This document shows positions 9,071-19,811 of a stretch of 64,000 nt of DNA, piece by piece. The DNA is from Patescibacteria group bacterium. GTDB lineage: Bacteria > Bacteroidota > Ignavibacteria > Kapaibacteriales > Kapaibacteriaceae. The stretch lies in the NCBI GenBank assembly GCA_044238605.1, contig JBIICY010000006.1, positions 12,551 through 76,550 of the forward strand. Direction: 5' to 3'. A program made the position numbers and the translations under genes. Under the pieces are notes generated by a model, which was not told the origin of the DNA, did no database searches, and saw nothing but the letters and a program-made list of their open reading frames with translations. Position 1 is the first letter of the stretch, and every line of letters starts with the position of its first letter.

Positions 9071-9091
9071 GATGAACTCCGACGCCGGTAC

Positions 9092-10090
9092 TTAGGCAGA
9101 ATAAACTGCTACGTCCTTAATTGCTCGAACTCCAGAGCTTCCTTTATCGCGACGCTCCATGGAAACCAACGCCGAAGCATAGATTTCTTTCCATGTGAGA
9201 CCGAACTTTACCATCAGCTCTTCTGGTTCACCGGAACCGCCGAAGGAATCCTTTACGCCCACAAACTCAATCGGCACTGGAGCGTTCTTTCCTGTACATT
9301 CAGCTACAGCGCCACCAAGTCCGCCATGCACCTGGTGCTCTTCTGCGGTTACGATACAGCCGCACTCGCGCGCAGCCGCTGTTACCGTGGCATGATCGAA
9401 TGGCTTTACTGTATGCACATTAACGACGCGGGCGCTGATGCCCTTCTTTGCGAGTTCCTTTGCAGCAAGGATACTCTCCCAGACCATGGCTCCGTTTGCG
9501 ATGATGGCAACATCTGTTCCATCCATCACTACGTTGGCCTTGCCAAGCTCAAATGGAGTATCGGGAGTTGTAAACATCGGTACAGGTGAACGTCCGAAGC
9601 GGATATATGCCGGACCCACCATTTCGCCCATGGCAATCGTTGCTTTCTTTGCCTCTTCATAGTCTGCAGGCACGATCATCGTCATATGCGGAAGAGTGCG
9701 CAGGAAGGCAACTTCTTCGAGCACCTGGTGCGTAGCGCCATCAGGACCAACACTGATACCTGCATGGCCTCCACCGATCTTTACGTTTGCTTCGTTATAG
9801 CACACGGAGATTCGAAGCTGATCTGCATTACGTAGCGCACAGAACGCGCCGTACGAAGCAAAGAACGGAATCTTGCCGCTCAGTGCCAGACCTGCTGCGA
9901 TCGTAGTTGCATTCTGTTCTGCAATACCGATCGAGAAGAAACGGTCTGGAAACTTCTCTTTGAAGAGCGACGTCATCACAGAGCCCGTGATGTCTCCGCC
10001 GAGCACAATAACATTGCTGTGACGTTCCCCGAGTTCAACGAGTCCGTCTCCAAAGCCAAATCGCGTGGGTTTTGATCCGAGTAATTCCAT
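9092..10090 (-). CDS. Transketolase, C-terminal (pyrimidine-binding) subunit
   Basis: 332 aa; matches the transketolase C-terminal half (…GPDGATHQVLEEVAFLRTLP…). Confidence 0.9.
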   Translation of the reverse strand: MELLGSKPTRFGFGDGLVELGERHSNVIVLGGDITGSVMTSLFKEKFPDRFFSIGIAEQNATTIAAGLALSGKIPFFASYGAFCALRNADQLRISVCYNEANVKIGGGHAGISVGPDGATHQVLEEVAFLRTLPHMTMIVPADYEEAKKATIAMGEMVGPAYIRFGRSPVPMFTTPDTPFELGKANVVMDGTDVAIIANGAMVWESILAAKELAKKGISARVVNVHTVKPFDHATVTAAARECGCIVTAEEHQVHGGLGGAVAECTGKNAPVPIEFVGVKDSFGGSGEPEELMVKFGLTWKEIYASALVSMERRDKGSSGVRAIKDVAVYSA

Positions 10091-10129
10091 GTCTATTCCA
10101 AGGTTATCGTAGGTATGTGCAGCACGTGC

Positions 10130-11029
10130 TTACGGCATCTGTGCTAATTCTTCGAGAGCAGCAAGCGCCTGGTCCTTTGTAGGGGGCTTTCCGTGCCACT
10201 CGAACTTGTCGTTCATGAACGAAACGCCATGCCCCATATAGGTCTTGGCGATGATGGCTGTTGGCTTACCTGTGTTGTTCTTCTGATTCTCAAGGAACCT
10301 GTCAAATCCGCGCATAAGGTCCTCTGGGTCGTGACCGTTCACCGTGATGGTGTCAAATCCGAATGATTCGCACTTGGCATCGATTGGGTAGACGTTCATC
10401 ACATCTGGCAGACGTCCGTCGATCTGACAGTCATTGTTATCAATGATCCAGCAGAAGTTGTCGAGATGGAAGTGCGCAGCCGACATAGCTGCCTCCCAGA
10501 TCGAGCCTTCTTGAAGTTCGCCATCGCCTGTAAGGGAGAATACGCGCTTGTCGGACTTGTCTACAAGCTTGTCGCTCATGGCCATACCAACTGCGATGGA
10601 GATGCCCTGACCGAGCGAGCCCGACGACGTCTCAACGCCCGGTAGGTGCATGTCGCGTCCGGGGTGACCCTGCAGTCGTGTGTTGTATTTGCGCAACGTG
10701 GCCTGCTCATCCTTCGGATAGCATCCCGCATTAGCAAGAGCGGCATACATCACTGGTGCCATGTGTCCGGCCGAAAGAACAAAACGATCACGTGATGGAT
10801 CGTTCATGTCCGCCGGATTATAGCGCATGTAGCCGCCAAAGTACATCGTGGCAAAGATGTCTGCCGACCCCAGGGGTCCGCCGCTATGTCCGGAACCAGC
10901 ACGCACGAGCATGCGAATGATATCCCGGCGGATCTCATTGCCAATGGCCTTGAGATCGTCTGCCGACTGACGTTTGTTCGGGAACGTCGTGGTGTTAAAT
11001 TCCAGCGAAGCTTTTGTTTCGGTATTCAT
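10130..11029 (-). CDS. Transketolase, N-terminal (TPP-binding) subunit
   Basis: 299 aa; carries the GSGHSGGPLG…SAGHMAP thiamine-diphosphate-binding motif. It sits next to the C-terminal subunit, so the transketolase is split. Confidence 0.9.
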   Translation of the reverse strand: MNTETKASLEFNTTTFPNKRQSADDLKAIGNEIRRDIIRMLVRAGSGHSGGPLGSADIFATMYFGGYMRYNPADMNDPSRDRFVLSAGHMAPVMYAALANAGCYPKDEQATLRKYNTRLQGHPGRDMHLPGVETSSGSLGQGISIAVGMAMSDKLVDKSDKRVFSLTGDGELQEGSIWEAAMSAAHFHLDNFCWIIDNNDCQIDGRLPDVMNVYPIDAKCESFGFDTITVNGHDPEDLMRGFDRFLENQKNNTGKPTAIIAKTYMGHGVSFMNDKFEWHGKPPTKDQALAALEELAQMP

Positions 11030-11105
11030 GGCACTCGTTTTGATGCGTTAGACACAACAGCTAACAAACTTACGGGTTTCTTTCATACGTAGTCGGGGTA
11101 AACCG

Positions 11106-13580
11106 ATGCTGCTACCTATTTCTCGCTCCGCGTTTGTCAGCTTGCTTTGTATAGCACTTGTATTGGTTTCCCATAGTGCAGCTTCACAGACGAGGAAGTT
11201 GAACGTCGAGCAGATGCTGAATAGCGGGTCGATGGGGACCGAGTTTTGGATCGCCATCCCGCCGAATGAGTTAAACCCTTACCCCGTAGAGCAGCTAGAC
11301 ATCTATCTAGCATCTGCGGTAGATACTGACGTAGAGATCTACGACGCGGGAAATGACAAGACCATTCGCCGAACACTGAAAGCAAACGAGGTACGAACGC
11401 TTACAGATGCCAAGCAAGAAACCAACTGGACATGGGAAGTACGTGAACCCGAGCAAGTGATCACCAAAGGCATTCGAATCCGATCAACACATCCCATCTC
11501 GGTGTTTGTACTTAACTCAAAGACAGCATCGACTGACGGCTACATGGCCCTGCCAACCAGCTCATGGGATAAGGAGTACATCGCTGCGTCGTACTATGAC
11601 TTTAACGAATTCAAGAAATGGCCAGGGGGCTTTCTGGTCGTAGCTAAAGAACCTACGGACGTCACCATTCTACTACGCGGAACAGGAAAAGACGCCGGCA
11701 AAACCCTCATGGGGCGCAGCATCGGAGAGAAAATCACTGTTTCAATGGACGCTGGGGATGTATACATGGTTCTTGGCAACGCGCAAACACGCGGTGAGTT
11801 CGATCTTACTGGAACGAGCATTGTCGCTACAAAACCGGTGGGTGTGATAGGCTGCCACATGCGCACTACCATGCCGAACCTTCTCGTTAACGGCAATGGA
11901 CGCAATCATTTAGTCGAAATGCTGCCCCCTGTCTCAGCTTGGGATACGCTCTATCAGACAATTGACCTACAGCGAGAAAGTAGAAACAACCAGGGTAAGG
12001 GCGATGTGTTTCGCGTGATCGCTAAAGAAGCTAACACTCGCTGGACGCTTAGCTACTATGACAAAACAAGCAAGAAACTGCTTGGAAAAGGCGGTGGTCT
12101 TCTAATGAATGCTGGAGAATTTACAGATCTGACGCAATCCGGATCACCCACAACAATTACACACGGATATTCGGTTTGGACTGCAGACAAACCAATTCTC
12201 GTGATGCAATACTCGTGCTCCAGCTCATGGGACGGAGATCAACAGCTTGACCCCTTCATGATTGTTGTGCCAGCCCATCGCAACCAGACATCAAGCAGCA
12301 TGTTTCAAGTGTCGACGTCTTCGAAGTTCACACAGCATAGACTTCATCTTCTGGTCAGTACCGACAGCACAGACCCTAAACTCACAGACAATCTGAAATC
12401 ATTAACGCTCAATGGTGTTCCCGTGTGGAATCACCCAGATGCGCAGGGCTCGAAAGTACTGGACAACAAAATGCCCGGAGGGGGCTATTGGACATCAATC
12501 ACGTTGCCGGCAGGTACAAAAGCACATGTCCTAAACAGCAACGGCAAGGTCATGTTTAGTGGCTATGCGTATGGTTACGGCAGTATCGATGCCTATGGTT
12601 GGAGTATCACCGGAGCTCAGCTGAGCCCTCGAATAGTCCCCAAAGACACGCTGCACCCTGTTCTTACACGACTGCCACAGACTTCATGCACGAGACGCAC
12701 ATACCGCGCTACCGAGGAGCGCAACATTCCAAATCCTCCACGCGCTACTCCGCATGTAACAGACCAGGTAGATCGGGGAATCAAGGAGATACGGCTGTTG
12801 AGCTCATCGCAAATCAACCTTCGTCTCGAACTCGGACCAGATTCAGCAACTGCCTTTGCTAACCTGCCAAAGAACTTCACATTCAGTGTTTCTGTGATCG
12901 ACACGACAAAAGCAGCATACGGAGATATTCAGGTGTGGGACGCAAACAACAACGGGTGGGCGGACTGGTTTGCATATGTTCCAGGAACGCGCGTCGATAC
13001 CTTAAAGCCTGTTATCGAAGCGAAGTCAAACGTTGGGGTCCTGTGGGACTTTGAGATCCGGGACAACACGAATGTTCCCGATCCACCACCGTTCTGTCCA
13101 GACTCGGTCACTCAGGTTGATGCCGGATTGAAGAGTGTCCAATTCGACTCCCTCAACATGCGAATGATTCGCCCCTTGCAGAGAGTGTTTCCGGCAGGGA
13201 CCTACACATCGAGCATGACGTTTGAGGTAATCGATATCACAAAGGCCGGATGGGGCTGTGTAACCGTATTCGATAATGCCGGCAATTCCCGAAACTTCTG
13301 TCAGCAATACAACCCTTGTACATCTGTAGAGGATCACGATCAGCAGCAGCAGCCTACTGCCATGTCATACGCAGAAGGCCGACTGACCGTCAATGCATCA
13401 TCCCTTGCCTCAGCGTCTATAGTGCGGATCTATTCCGTTGACGGCCGCCTCGTTTCTACACAAGACCTGGCGGCACATTCAATACTGCATGTGCCGCTCG
13501 AGCTAACGCGTGGTGCGTACATGGCGGTACACGACACCCACGGCAACCTGCGCTCAACCATCAGCTTTGTCAGCCCATGA
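11106..13580 (+). CDS. Large secreted protein, paralog 1: signal peptide, conserved roughly 480-aa N-terminal domain (GTEFWIAIPPNE…), T9SS C-terminal sorting domain
   Basis: 824 aa. It has a signal peptide. The C-terminal roughly 80 aa (…IVRIYSVDGRLVSTQDLAAHSILHVPLELTRGAYMAVHDTHGN…) resemble a Por/T9SS C-terminal domain. The N-terminal domain aligns closely with the two downstream paralogs. Confidence 0.8.
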   Translation: MLLPISRSAFVSLLCIALVLVSHSAASQTRKLNVEQMLNSGSMGTEFWIAIPPNELNPYPVEQLDIYLASAVDTDVEIYDAGNDKTIRRTLKANEVRTLTDAKQETNWTWEVREPEQVITKGIRIRSTHPISVFVLNSKTASTDGYMALPTSSWDKEYIAASYYDFNEFKKWPGGFLVVAKEPTDVTILLRGTGKDAGKTLMGRSIGEKITVSMDAGDVYMVLGNAQTRGEFDLTGTSIVATKPVGVIGCHMRTTMPNLLVNGNGRNHLVEMLPPVSAWDTLYQTIDLQRESRNNQGKGDVFRVIAKEANTRWTLSYYDKTSKKLLGKGGGLLMNAGEFTDLTQSGSPTTITHGYSVWTADKPILVMQYSCSSSWDGDQQLDPFMIVVPAHRNQTSSSMFQVSTSSKFTQHRLHLLVSTDSTDPKLTDNLKSLTLNGVPVWNHPDAQGSKVLDNKMPGGGYWTSITLPAGTKAHVLNSNGKVMFSGYAYGYGSIDAYGWSITGAQLSPRIVPKDTLHPVLTRLPQTSCTRRTYRATEERNIPNPPRATPHVTDQVDRGIKEIRLLSSSQINLRLELGPDSATAFANLPKNFTFSVSVIDTTKAAYGDIQVWDANNNGWADWFAYVPGTRVDTLKPVIEAKSNVGVLWDFEIRDNTNVPDPPPFCPDSVTQVDAGLKSVQFDSLNMRMIRPLQRVFPAGTYTSSMTFEVIDITKAGWGCVTVFDNAGNSRNFCQQYNPCTSVEDHDQQQQPTAMSYAEGRLTVNASSLASASIVRIYSVDGRLVSTQDLAAHSILHVPLELTRGAYMAVHDTHGNLRSTISFVSP

Positions 13581-15289
13581 TTCGTCTGATCGCAACGGCT
13601 CTGCTACTTCTGTCGGCCTACAGCGTTGGCGCAATTGCACAAGCCCCCTCCAGCTTCGGTACGGAGTTCATGATTGCCATTCCGCCGAATGACGCACAGT
13701 CATACCCTGTGGTGGCATTGCAGATCATGATCGCCTCGCCGTTCGACGCAACGGTGCAGATCTTCGATTATGAACGGGGCTCGCAGCGGACGCGCAAGGT
13801 GCTTGCAGGAACAACGCTACTGCTCTCCAACGAGCGCGGTGAGACATCGTGGGCGTGGGAGGTCTGGGAGCCCGATGTTGCACTGCGCAAGGGAGTGCGG
13901 ATATCCTCCGACCAGCCAATTGCTGTATGGGTGCTGAACTCAAAAGTGGTATCGTCCGACGGATACATGGCCTTGCCGATCCAGCAGTGGGGACGTGAGT
14001 ACAGGGTTATGTCGTATTACGACTTCAACGAGGCCCGCCCCTGGGCAGGGGGCTTCCTGATTGTCGCCAGCGAACAGACTTCCGTACGAATCAAACTGCA
14101 AGGCTCCGATGTGGGAGCAGAGACGTCTGGTGGGAAGCGCATCGGCGACGAGTATACGGTGCTGCTTCAGGAAGGCGACGTCTACATGGTAACAGGCGAT
14201 GCCACCACAAGAGGCGGGTTTGATTTGTCCGGCACGCATATCACAGCCGACAGGCCAATCGGTGTGTTTGGATTTCACCAGCGCACCACAATGCCGAATC
14301 TGCTGATCGAAGGCAACGGCAGAAACCACCTCGTGGAAATGCTTCCACCAGTACCCGCTTACGGCACCAGCTTTACAACGCTTGAGTTTAACCGCGTCCG
14401 GAGCAATGGAATTGGGAGTGGGGATGTGTTCCGACTTGTGGCCTCGGAGAATAACACGCGATGGTCGTGCAGCTATTTCGACGTCCGTACCGGCGCCCTC
14501 CTCGGCAACCAAGGGGGCTTACTGCCCCGCGCAGGAGACGTCGCAGACATTTCACAGACACAGCAGCCAACAGCCCTAGTGCAGGGTCTGGCATTGTGGG
14601 AGTCAGACAAGCCGGTGGCCCTGATGCAGTATTCGTGCTCCAGCACGTTTGATGGCGACAGCAATCTGGACCCCATGATGATCAGCATAAGTCCAGATAA
14701 CACAATGACTTCCAAAGTCACAGCGGTCATGGCTCAGTCGCAGCAGTTTCAAACACATCATGTGTCTGTCGTAGTACGGACATCCCGAGCAGACCCCGAG
14801 TACGCGGCGAATCTTGCATCTATCCGCCTAAACGGCTCTCAGTTGCCTGTTCGGCATGTTGCCAACGACGTGCACGTGGCAACTGTAATGCTGCAGAATG
14901 AGCAAACGGGAAGCGTTGTTATCCAGGCCGCCCCCAATGTTGCAATCAGCGGCACAGTCTACGGCAACAGCCTTGTTGATGCCTACGGTTGGGCCATGGC
15001 TGGGGGGAGCCCCCAGAGACAGACGAGCGCAGCCGATGAACAATCAACCAGCAGCAGTGTCCGAACGTGGCACGACGATGCCAACTATATGCTGCACATA
15101 GACTTACAGAATTCCCCAGCATACACAACCGTACATCTTTACGACATTCAGGGGACGTGCCTAGCAACAGCAACCGGGGCAAGTCAACAGTTGACACTTA
15201 CCACAGCCCAGCTTACCGCAGGAGCCTACCTTATCAGGGTTGTAGATGCTGCCGGCGCAAGCCTCGCAACAACGTTGATAATCCGCTAG
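13577..15289 (+). CDS. Large secreted protein, paralog 2 (more divergent): the same N-terminal domain plus a T9SS C-terminal domain
   Basis: 570 aa. Shared motifs include GTEFMIAIPPND, SDGYMALP, MPNLLIEGNGRNHLVEMLPPV and LMQYSCS. Its start overlaps the paralog 1 stop (ATGA). The C-terminus reads AGAYLIRVVDAAGASLATTLIIR. Confidence 0.8.
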   Translation: MIRLIATALLLLSAYSVGAIAQAPSSFGTEFMIAIPPNDAQSYPVVALQIMIASPFDATVQIFDYERGSQRTRKVLAGTTLLLSNERGETSWAWEVWEPDVALRKGVRISSDQPIAVWVLNSKVVSSDGYMALPIQQWGREYRVMSYYDFNEARPWAGGFLIVASEQTSVRIKLQGSDVGAETSGGKRIGDEYTVLLQEGDVYMVTGDATTRGGFDLSGTHITADRPIGVFGFHQRTTMPNLLIEGNGRNHLVEMLPPVPAYGTSFTTLEFNRVRSNGIGSGDVFRLVASENNTRWSCSYFDVRTGALLGNQGGLLPRAGDVADISQTQQPTALVQGLALWESDKPVALMQYSCSSTFDGDSNLDPMMISISPDNTMTSKVTAVMAQSQQFQTHHVSVVVRTSRADPEYAANLASIRLNGSQLPVRHVANDVHVATVMLQNEQTGSVVIQAAPNVAISGTVYGNSLVDAYGWAMAGGSPQRQTSAADEQSTSSSVRTWHDDANYMLHIDLQNSPAYTTVHLYDIQGTCLATATGASQQLTLTTAQLTAGAYLIRVVDAAGASLATTLIIR

Positions 15290-15423
15290 CCCCCTCAAAA
15301 AAACTGCCTCAAACGGGTGCCTTCATACGAAGATTTTGGTTATCATAGTGACCATGGGCGAGGTATAGGCTTTCTACGGTCTAGGCCAGCGCCCTACTTA
15401 CGTCGCAAACAAAACTCTTTTAG

Positions 15424-18400
15424 ATGTTTGGAGGCCTCATGTATCAGCGATACGCATCGCGAATTGCAGTAATTGCTACGCTCATCCTCGTAGCATTCTA
15501 TTCTGCATCTGCCCAAAAACGGAAGATCCCTTCTGTTGAGCATATGCTTAACACCGGCTCGCAAGGCACGGAGTTCTGGATCGCCATTCCACCGAATGAG
15601 ATCAACCCATACCCCGTAGACGAGCTGGAAATCTATGTTGCATCGGCCTTCGATACAGATATCGAAGTGTTTGATGCCGCAGGAGACAAGAAGTATCGCC
15701 GTACGCTGAAGTCGTACGAAGTGCGTACGCTCTCAGACTCTAAGGGCGAAACAAACTGGACATGGGAGCTTCGCGAGCCGGAGCAAGTAGTGCGCAAGGG
15801 CGTCCGCATCACTGCGAAGAAGCCGATCTCTGTGTACGTGCTGAATTCAAAATCAGCTACTTCTGATGGATACATGGCAATCCCGGTTAATGGCTGGGGC
15901 ACCGAATACATGTGCACATCGTACTACGATTTCCGTGAGTTCGACAACTGGGCAGGGGGCTTTGTAATCATTGCCCGCGAACAGTGTCAGGTAGACGTAC
16001 TCCTACGTGGTACAGGCAAAGAGTCGGCTACAACAGCGCTTGGAAAGAAGATCGGAGAACGTTTCACACTCACCATGGATGAAGGTGATGTGTACATGAT
16101 CCACGGCGACGGACAAACACGCGGAGAGTTCGACCTTTCGGGTTCAATCGTAAAGGCAACGGCTCCTATCGGATTTATTTCGTTCCACATGCGTTCTACG
16201 ATGCCAAACTTGCTCGTAAATGGCAACGGCCGAAACCACCTGGTTGAAATGACTCCTCCCGTTACAACATGGGGTAAACGTTACGTTACCGTTGAACTCC
16301 AGCGTGAGAACCGTAACAACCAAGGCAAGGGCGACGTCTTCCGCGTATTTGCCAAGGAAGGTGGAACCACATGGACGATGACGTACTACGACAAGGTCTC
16401 GAAGAAGATCCTTGGCAGAGGGGGCGGACTTCTCCAAAACGATGGTGAGTTTACAGATCTTACTCAGACAGGTGCACCAACAACAATCACACACGGCTAC
16501 TCAGTATGGACTGCGAACAAGCCGATCTTCGTGATGCAGTATTCATGTTCGCAGTCATGGGATGGAGACCCAATCCTTGACCCGTTCATGATCAACGTTA
16601 CACCGGAAGAGCAGTTCCTCACTTCAACGATCTTCCAGTTCCCAACCGCAGCAAAGTTTACAAAGCACCGTCTCAACCTGATCATCAAGACAGACACAAG
16701 CGACCCGAACTATATCGACAATCTTAAGTCACTTGAGATCGACGACATCCCAGTTTGGAAGCACCCACAAGCTCAGTCGCCAACGCTCCTCTTCACGAAG
16801 ATGCCGAATGGTTTGCACTGGACCACACTTGACTTCGGTAACGAACCAAAGGCTCACAAGATTAAGAGCAACGGTCTTGTAAGCTTTGGTGGCTACATCT
16901 ACGGCTTCGGCTTCGTAGATGCGTATGGCTGGCCTGCAGCTGCTGGATTTAAGCCAACAACATCTGTCGACACCATGCCCCCTGTTATCAAGGGCGATTC
17001 ACTTTGCGGTGACTATACCTTTACAGCAACTGAGCTTCGCAACATTCCTGATCCACCACTGCCTGTTCCACGGGATACAGACCAAGTCGAAACAGGTATC
17101 GCTCTGATCGATACACTCGAAGGGGCAAACAGCTACAACTACAAGCTCGAACTTGTTACAGATCAGATCTTCCCTCAGACTCCGTCGTTCAAGAAGTTTG
17201 AATACAAGTGGACGGTTATCGACAAGAGCAAGGACGCGTACTGCGTGTACTTTGTAGCCGACTGGGCGGGCAACATCACGCTCGACACATGTCGCTACTT
17301 TGCAGACAAGCTTGTGTTTAGTCCAGCCCCACTCAGCTTTGGTAAGATTCGATTGGGGTCGAACAAGGCGCTCGTGTTAACGATCACCAACAACTCCGAT
17401 GCGCAAGTCAAGCTTACAGAAGCAAAGATCAAGGCCGGTACGTACTTCACTGTTACGAACGGCAGTGTTCCGCCAGTAGTAACTATCCCAGGCCGCGGCA
17501 AGCACGAGATCACCATCCAGTACAACGGAACACGTGAAACAACAGACGTGCTCAAGGACTGGGATAAGGATACGCTTGTTGTTAAGACTGAGTGCGGTGA
17601 ATTCAAGCATCCGCTCACAGGTGTTGCAGCTATCCCACGCATCAAGGTCAAGGACTTCGACGCCGGTACACGCTCACTGAACGAGAAGTATTGCGCTGCT
17701 ATCACGATTGAGAACCCAGGTTCCGACACACTCGTTGTAACATCGCTCACAGGCTATCAGGGCACAAACTTCTCGCTCTCAACACCATTTACTCCGGCAC
17801 TTCCAATCATCGTACTGCCAAAGCAGACGGTTGAACTCAAGGATGTATGCTTCCAGAGCGCGAACATCACAGACGACAACATCAATGTTACGTTCAGCAA
17901 CAATGGTGACGGTCCAGACTCAGTGTCAAACTGGCGCGGTAATACACAGACGCCAGGTCCTGGCATCATCGGTTATGACTGGGGTGCACGCCGCGTTAAC
18001 ACGCTGCATACTGCAAATGCGCGCGTATTCAACACAGGAAACCAGAAGCTCACACTCAACAATGTGACTTTCGCCGATGGCTCGAAGTTCTGGCCTGCTG
18101 GTTCAGATGACAACAACTTCGTCTTCAAGATCGGCAGCATCATCAAGAATGGGGCTCCTGTTCCAACAGCAGATCTTTCTGGTGACACTGTTGACGTAGA
18201 AGTGTTCTTCCGCCCTGCCACAGATAACCAGCCATATCTGGTAGACATCAAGCCAGTATGGTCGGACAAGCAGGAAGATCGCACAGCAAAGCTTGCAGGC
18301 GAAGGCATCATTCCTCGGATTAACTCGCTGCCAGTGAACCTTACGTGCGCGGAAACTCCTGAAATCGTTAAGGAAGGTACAAGAGACATTACAATCACCA

Positions 18401-19782
18401 ACGGCGGCACAATGCCACTGACGGTAACGTCTATCCAGCTTCAGGGTACAGTACCTCCAGGCTATCGCATTGTGACTGCTCCGGCCACACCGCTTACAGT
18501 TGCGGCAAACGGTGGTGCTGCAGTTATCACACTTGGTTACACGCGTCCTGCAGGTGAGACAAACGGATCGAGTGTAACGCTCGAGATCGTACACGATGCA
18601 ACACCAGGCACGGGTAAGGATGCAACAACACTCACTCCTGTTGGTCCACACACGCAGGTTCTAACAGTTGGCCAGTGCGGTACGCCAGACTTTAGCGTAA
18701 CAAACTGGAATGCTGGTAACGCTCGCGTTGGATGTGATCTGCCAGTAGGCACATTTGACATCAAGTACGAAGAAGCCAATAACACATCTGACCCGATCGA
18801 GATCAACTCCATCACAGAAGGTGGTGCGGATCAGGCAAACTTTGAAATCATCGGATACCTCGATAACGGTGGTCAGCCAGTGGCTCTCCCGCTTGTTATT
18901 GCAAAGGGTCAGACATTCAAGGCTCAGGTTCGCTTTACACCAGACGCTGTGCGCGCATTTAGTGCTCAGTACACTGTTGCTGGATTTGTGCGCGGCAATT
19001 CAACGCCTATCGCACCGAAGACAGTAAACGTTTCTGGTGTTGGATACACAATCCCAATGACGTTTAACCTTACCAACGACCTCAACGGCGCAAGCCGTGA
19101 GCCAGGTAAGAATGTTTCGTTCGCTGTAGACGGTCAGTGTGCCGACTGGACAAATGCCGACCTGAAGTCGATCACTGCAACAGTGATCTACAACCCGAAA
19201 GCAATCTCGTACAATGCCGGTTCGGTTCGTACTGCTGCCTCGATGAATGGCTGGAACATTGCTGATCCAACCGTTACAACCGTAAGCGCCACACAGGCTC
19301 GCATGACGTTCACAGCAACGGGTACAAACCGCATCAGCGCAAATGGTCCGCTCTTTACGTTCGAAGCACAGCTTCTGCTGGCCGATGACTTCAAGAGCAA
19401 GCAGGATCTCGAAGTTCTCTTCCCAACGCTACCATGCTTGATCCCATCAACCACGGGTACCGGTACAGAGATCTTCAACTGCGCACTTACACGCCGCGTT
19501 GTCGAAGTTTCAAAGGGCACAACATCGATCAAGCCAATCAACCCGAACCCAGTAACAACTGGTACAGCCCGTGTTGAGTTTGGTGTTGGTCTTGCAGCTC
19601 CGGTAACCATCGACCTCGTAAATGCGCAGGGCCAGGTTGTTCGCACATTCGTAAACAACACCATGGAAGTTGGCACGTACGACATGACGTTCAGCACTGA
19701 AGGTCTTGCCCAGGGCACATACTTCCTGCGGATGCGCAGTGCCGACAAGCACCTCTCACAGCAAGTGGTAATCGGCAACTAA
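15424..19782 (+). CDS. Giant secreted protein, paralog 3: the same N-terminal domain, about 900 aa of Ig-like/beta-sandwich repeats, and a T9SS C-terminal domain
   Basis: 1452 aa. The N-terminal roughly 480 aa are about 65% identical to paralog 1 by eye. The C-terminus reads …GTYFLRMRSADKHLSQQVVIGN. Confidence 0.8.
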   Translation: MFGGLMYQRYASRIAVIATLILVAFYSASAQKRKIPSVEHMLNTGSQGTEFWIAIPPNEINPYPVDELEIYVASAFDTDIEVFDAAGDKKYRRTLKSYEVRTLSDSKGETNWTWELREPEQVVRKGVRITAKKPISVYVLNSKSATSDGYMAIPVNGWGTEYMCTSYYDFREFDNWAGGFVIIAREQCQVDVLLRGTGKESATTALGKKIGERFTLTMDEGDVYMIHGDGQTRGEFDLSGSIVKATAPIGFISFHMRSTMPNLLVNGNGRNHLVEMTPPVTTWGKRYVTVELQRENRNNQGKGDVFRVFAKEGGTTWTMTYYDKVSKKILGRGGGLLQNDGEFTDLTQTGAPTTITHGYSVWTANKPIFVMQYSCSQSWDGDPILDPFMINVTPEEQFLTSTIFQFPTAAKFTKHRLNLIIKTDTSDPNYIDNLKSLEIDDIPVWKHPQAQSPTLLFTKMPNGLHWTTLDFGNEPKAHKIKSNGLVSFGGYIYGFGFVDAYGWPAAAGFKPTTSVDTMPPVIKGDSLCGDYTFTATELRNIPDPPLPVPRDTDQVETGIALIDTLEGANSYNYKLELVTDQIFPQTPSFKKFEYKWTVIDKSKDAYCVYFVADWAGNITLDTCRYFADKLVFSPAPLSFGKIRLGSNKALVLTITNNSDAQVKLTEAKIKAGTYFTVTNGSVPPVVTIPGRGKHEITIQYNGTRETTDVLKDWDKDTLVVKTECGEFKHPLTGVAAIPRIKVKDFDAGTRSLNEKYCAAITIENPGSDTLVVTSLTGYQGTNFSLSTPFTPALPIIVLPKQTVELKDVCFQSANITDDNINVTFSNNGDGPDSVSNWRGNTQTPGPGIIGYDWGARRVNTLHTANARVFNTGNQKLTLNNVTFADGSKFWPAGSDDNNFVFKIGSIIKNGAPVPTADLSGDTVDVEVFFRPATDNQPYLVDIKPVWSDKQEDRTAKLAGEGIIPRINSLPVNLTCAETPEIVKEGTRDITITNGGTMPLTVTSIQLQGTVPPGYRIVTAPATPLTVAANGGAAVITLGYTRPAGETNGSSVTLEIVHDATPGTGKDATTLTPVGPHTQVLTVGQCGTPDFSVTNWNAGNARVGCDLPVGTFDIKYEEANNTSDPIEINSITEGGADQANFEIIGYLDNGGQPVALPLVIAKGQTFKAQVRFTPDAVRAFSAQYTVAGFVRGNSTPIAPKTVNVSGVGYTIPMTFNLTNDLNGASREPGKNVSFAVDGQCADWTNADLKSITATVIYNPKAISYNAGSVRTAASMNGWNIADPTVTTVSATQARMTFTATGTNRISANGPLFTFEAQLLLADDFKSKQDLEVLFPTLPCLIPSTTGTGTEIFNCALTRRVVEVSKGTTSIKPINPNPVTTGTARVEFGVGLAAPVTIDLVNAQGQVVRTFVNNTMEVGTYDMTFSTEGLAQGTYFLRMRSADKHLSQQVVIGN

Positions 19783-19811
19783 GACCACTACGTAGCACAG
19801 ATTCTCTTCAA

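Noticed and set aside
9092-11029. Split transketolase as a pseudogene or frameshift
   Set aside because: The two parts are separate ORFs with their own start codons and a 39-nt gap. Split two-subunit transketolases are common in many bacteria and archaea.
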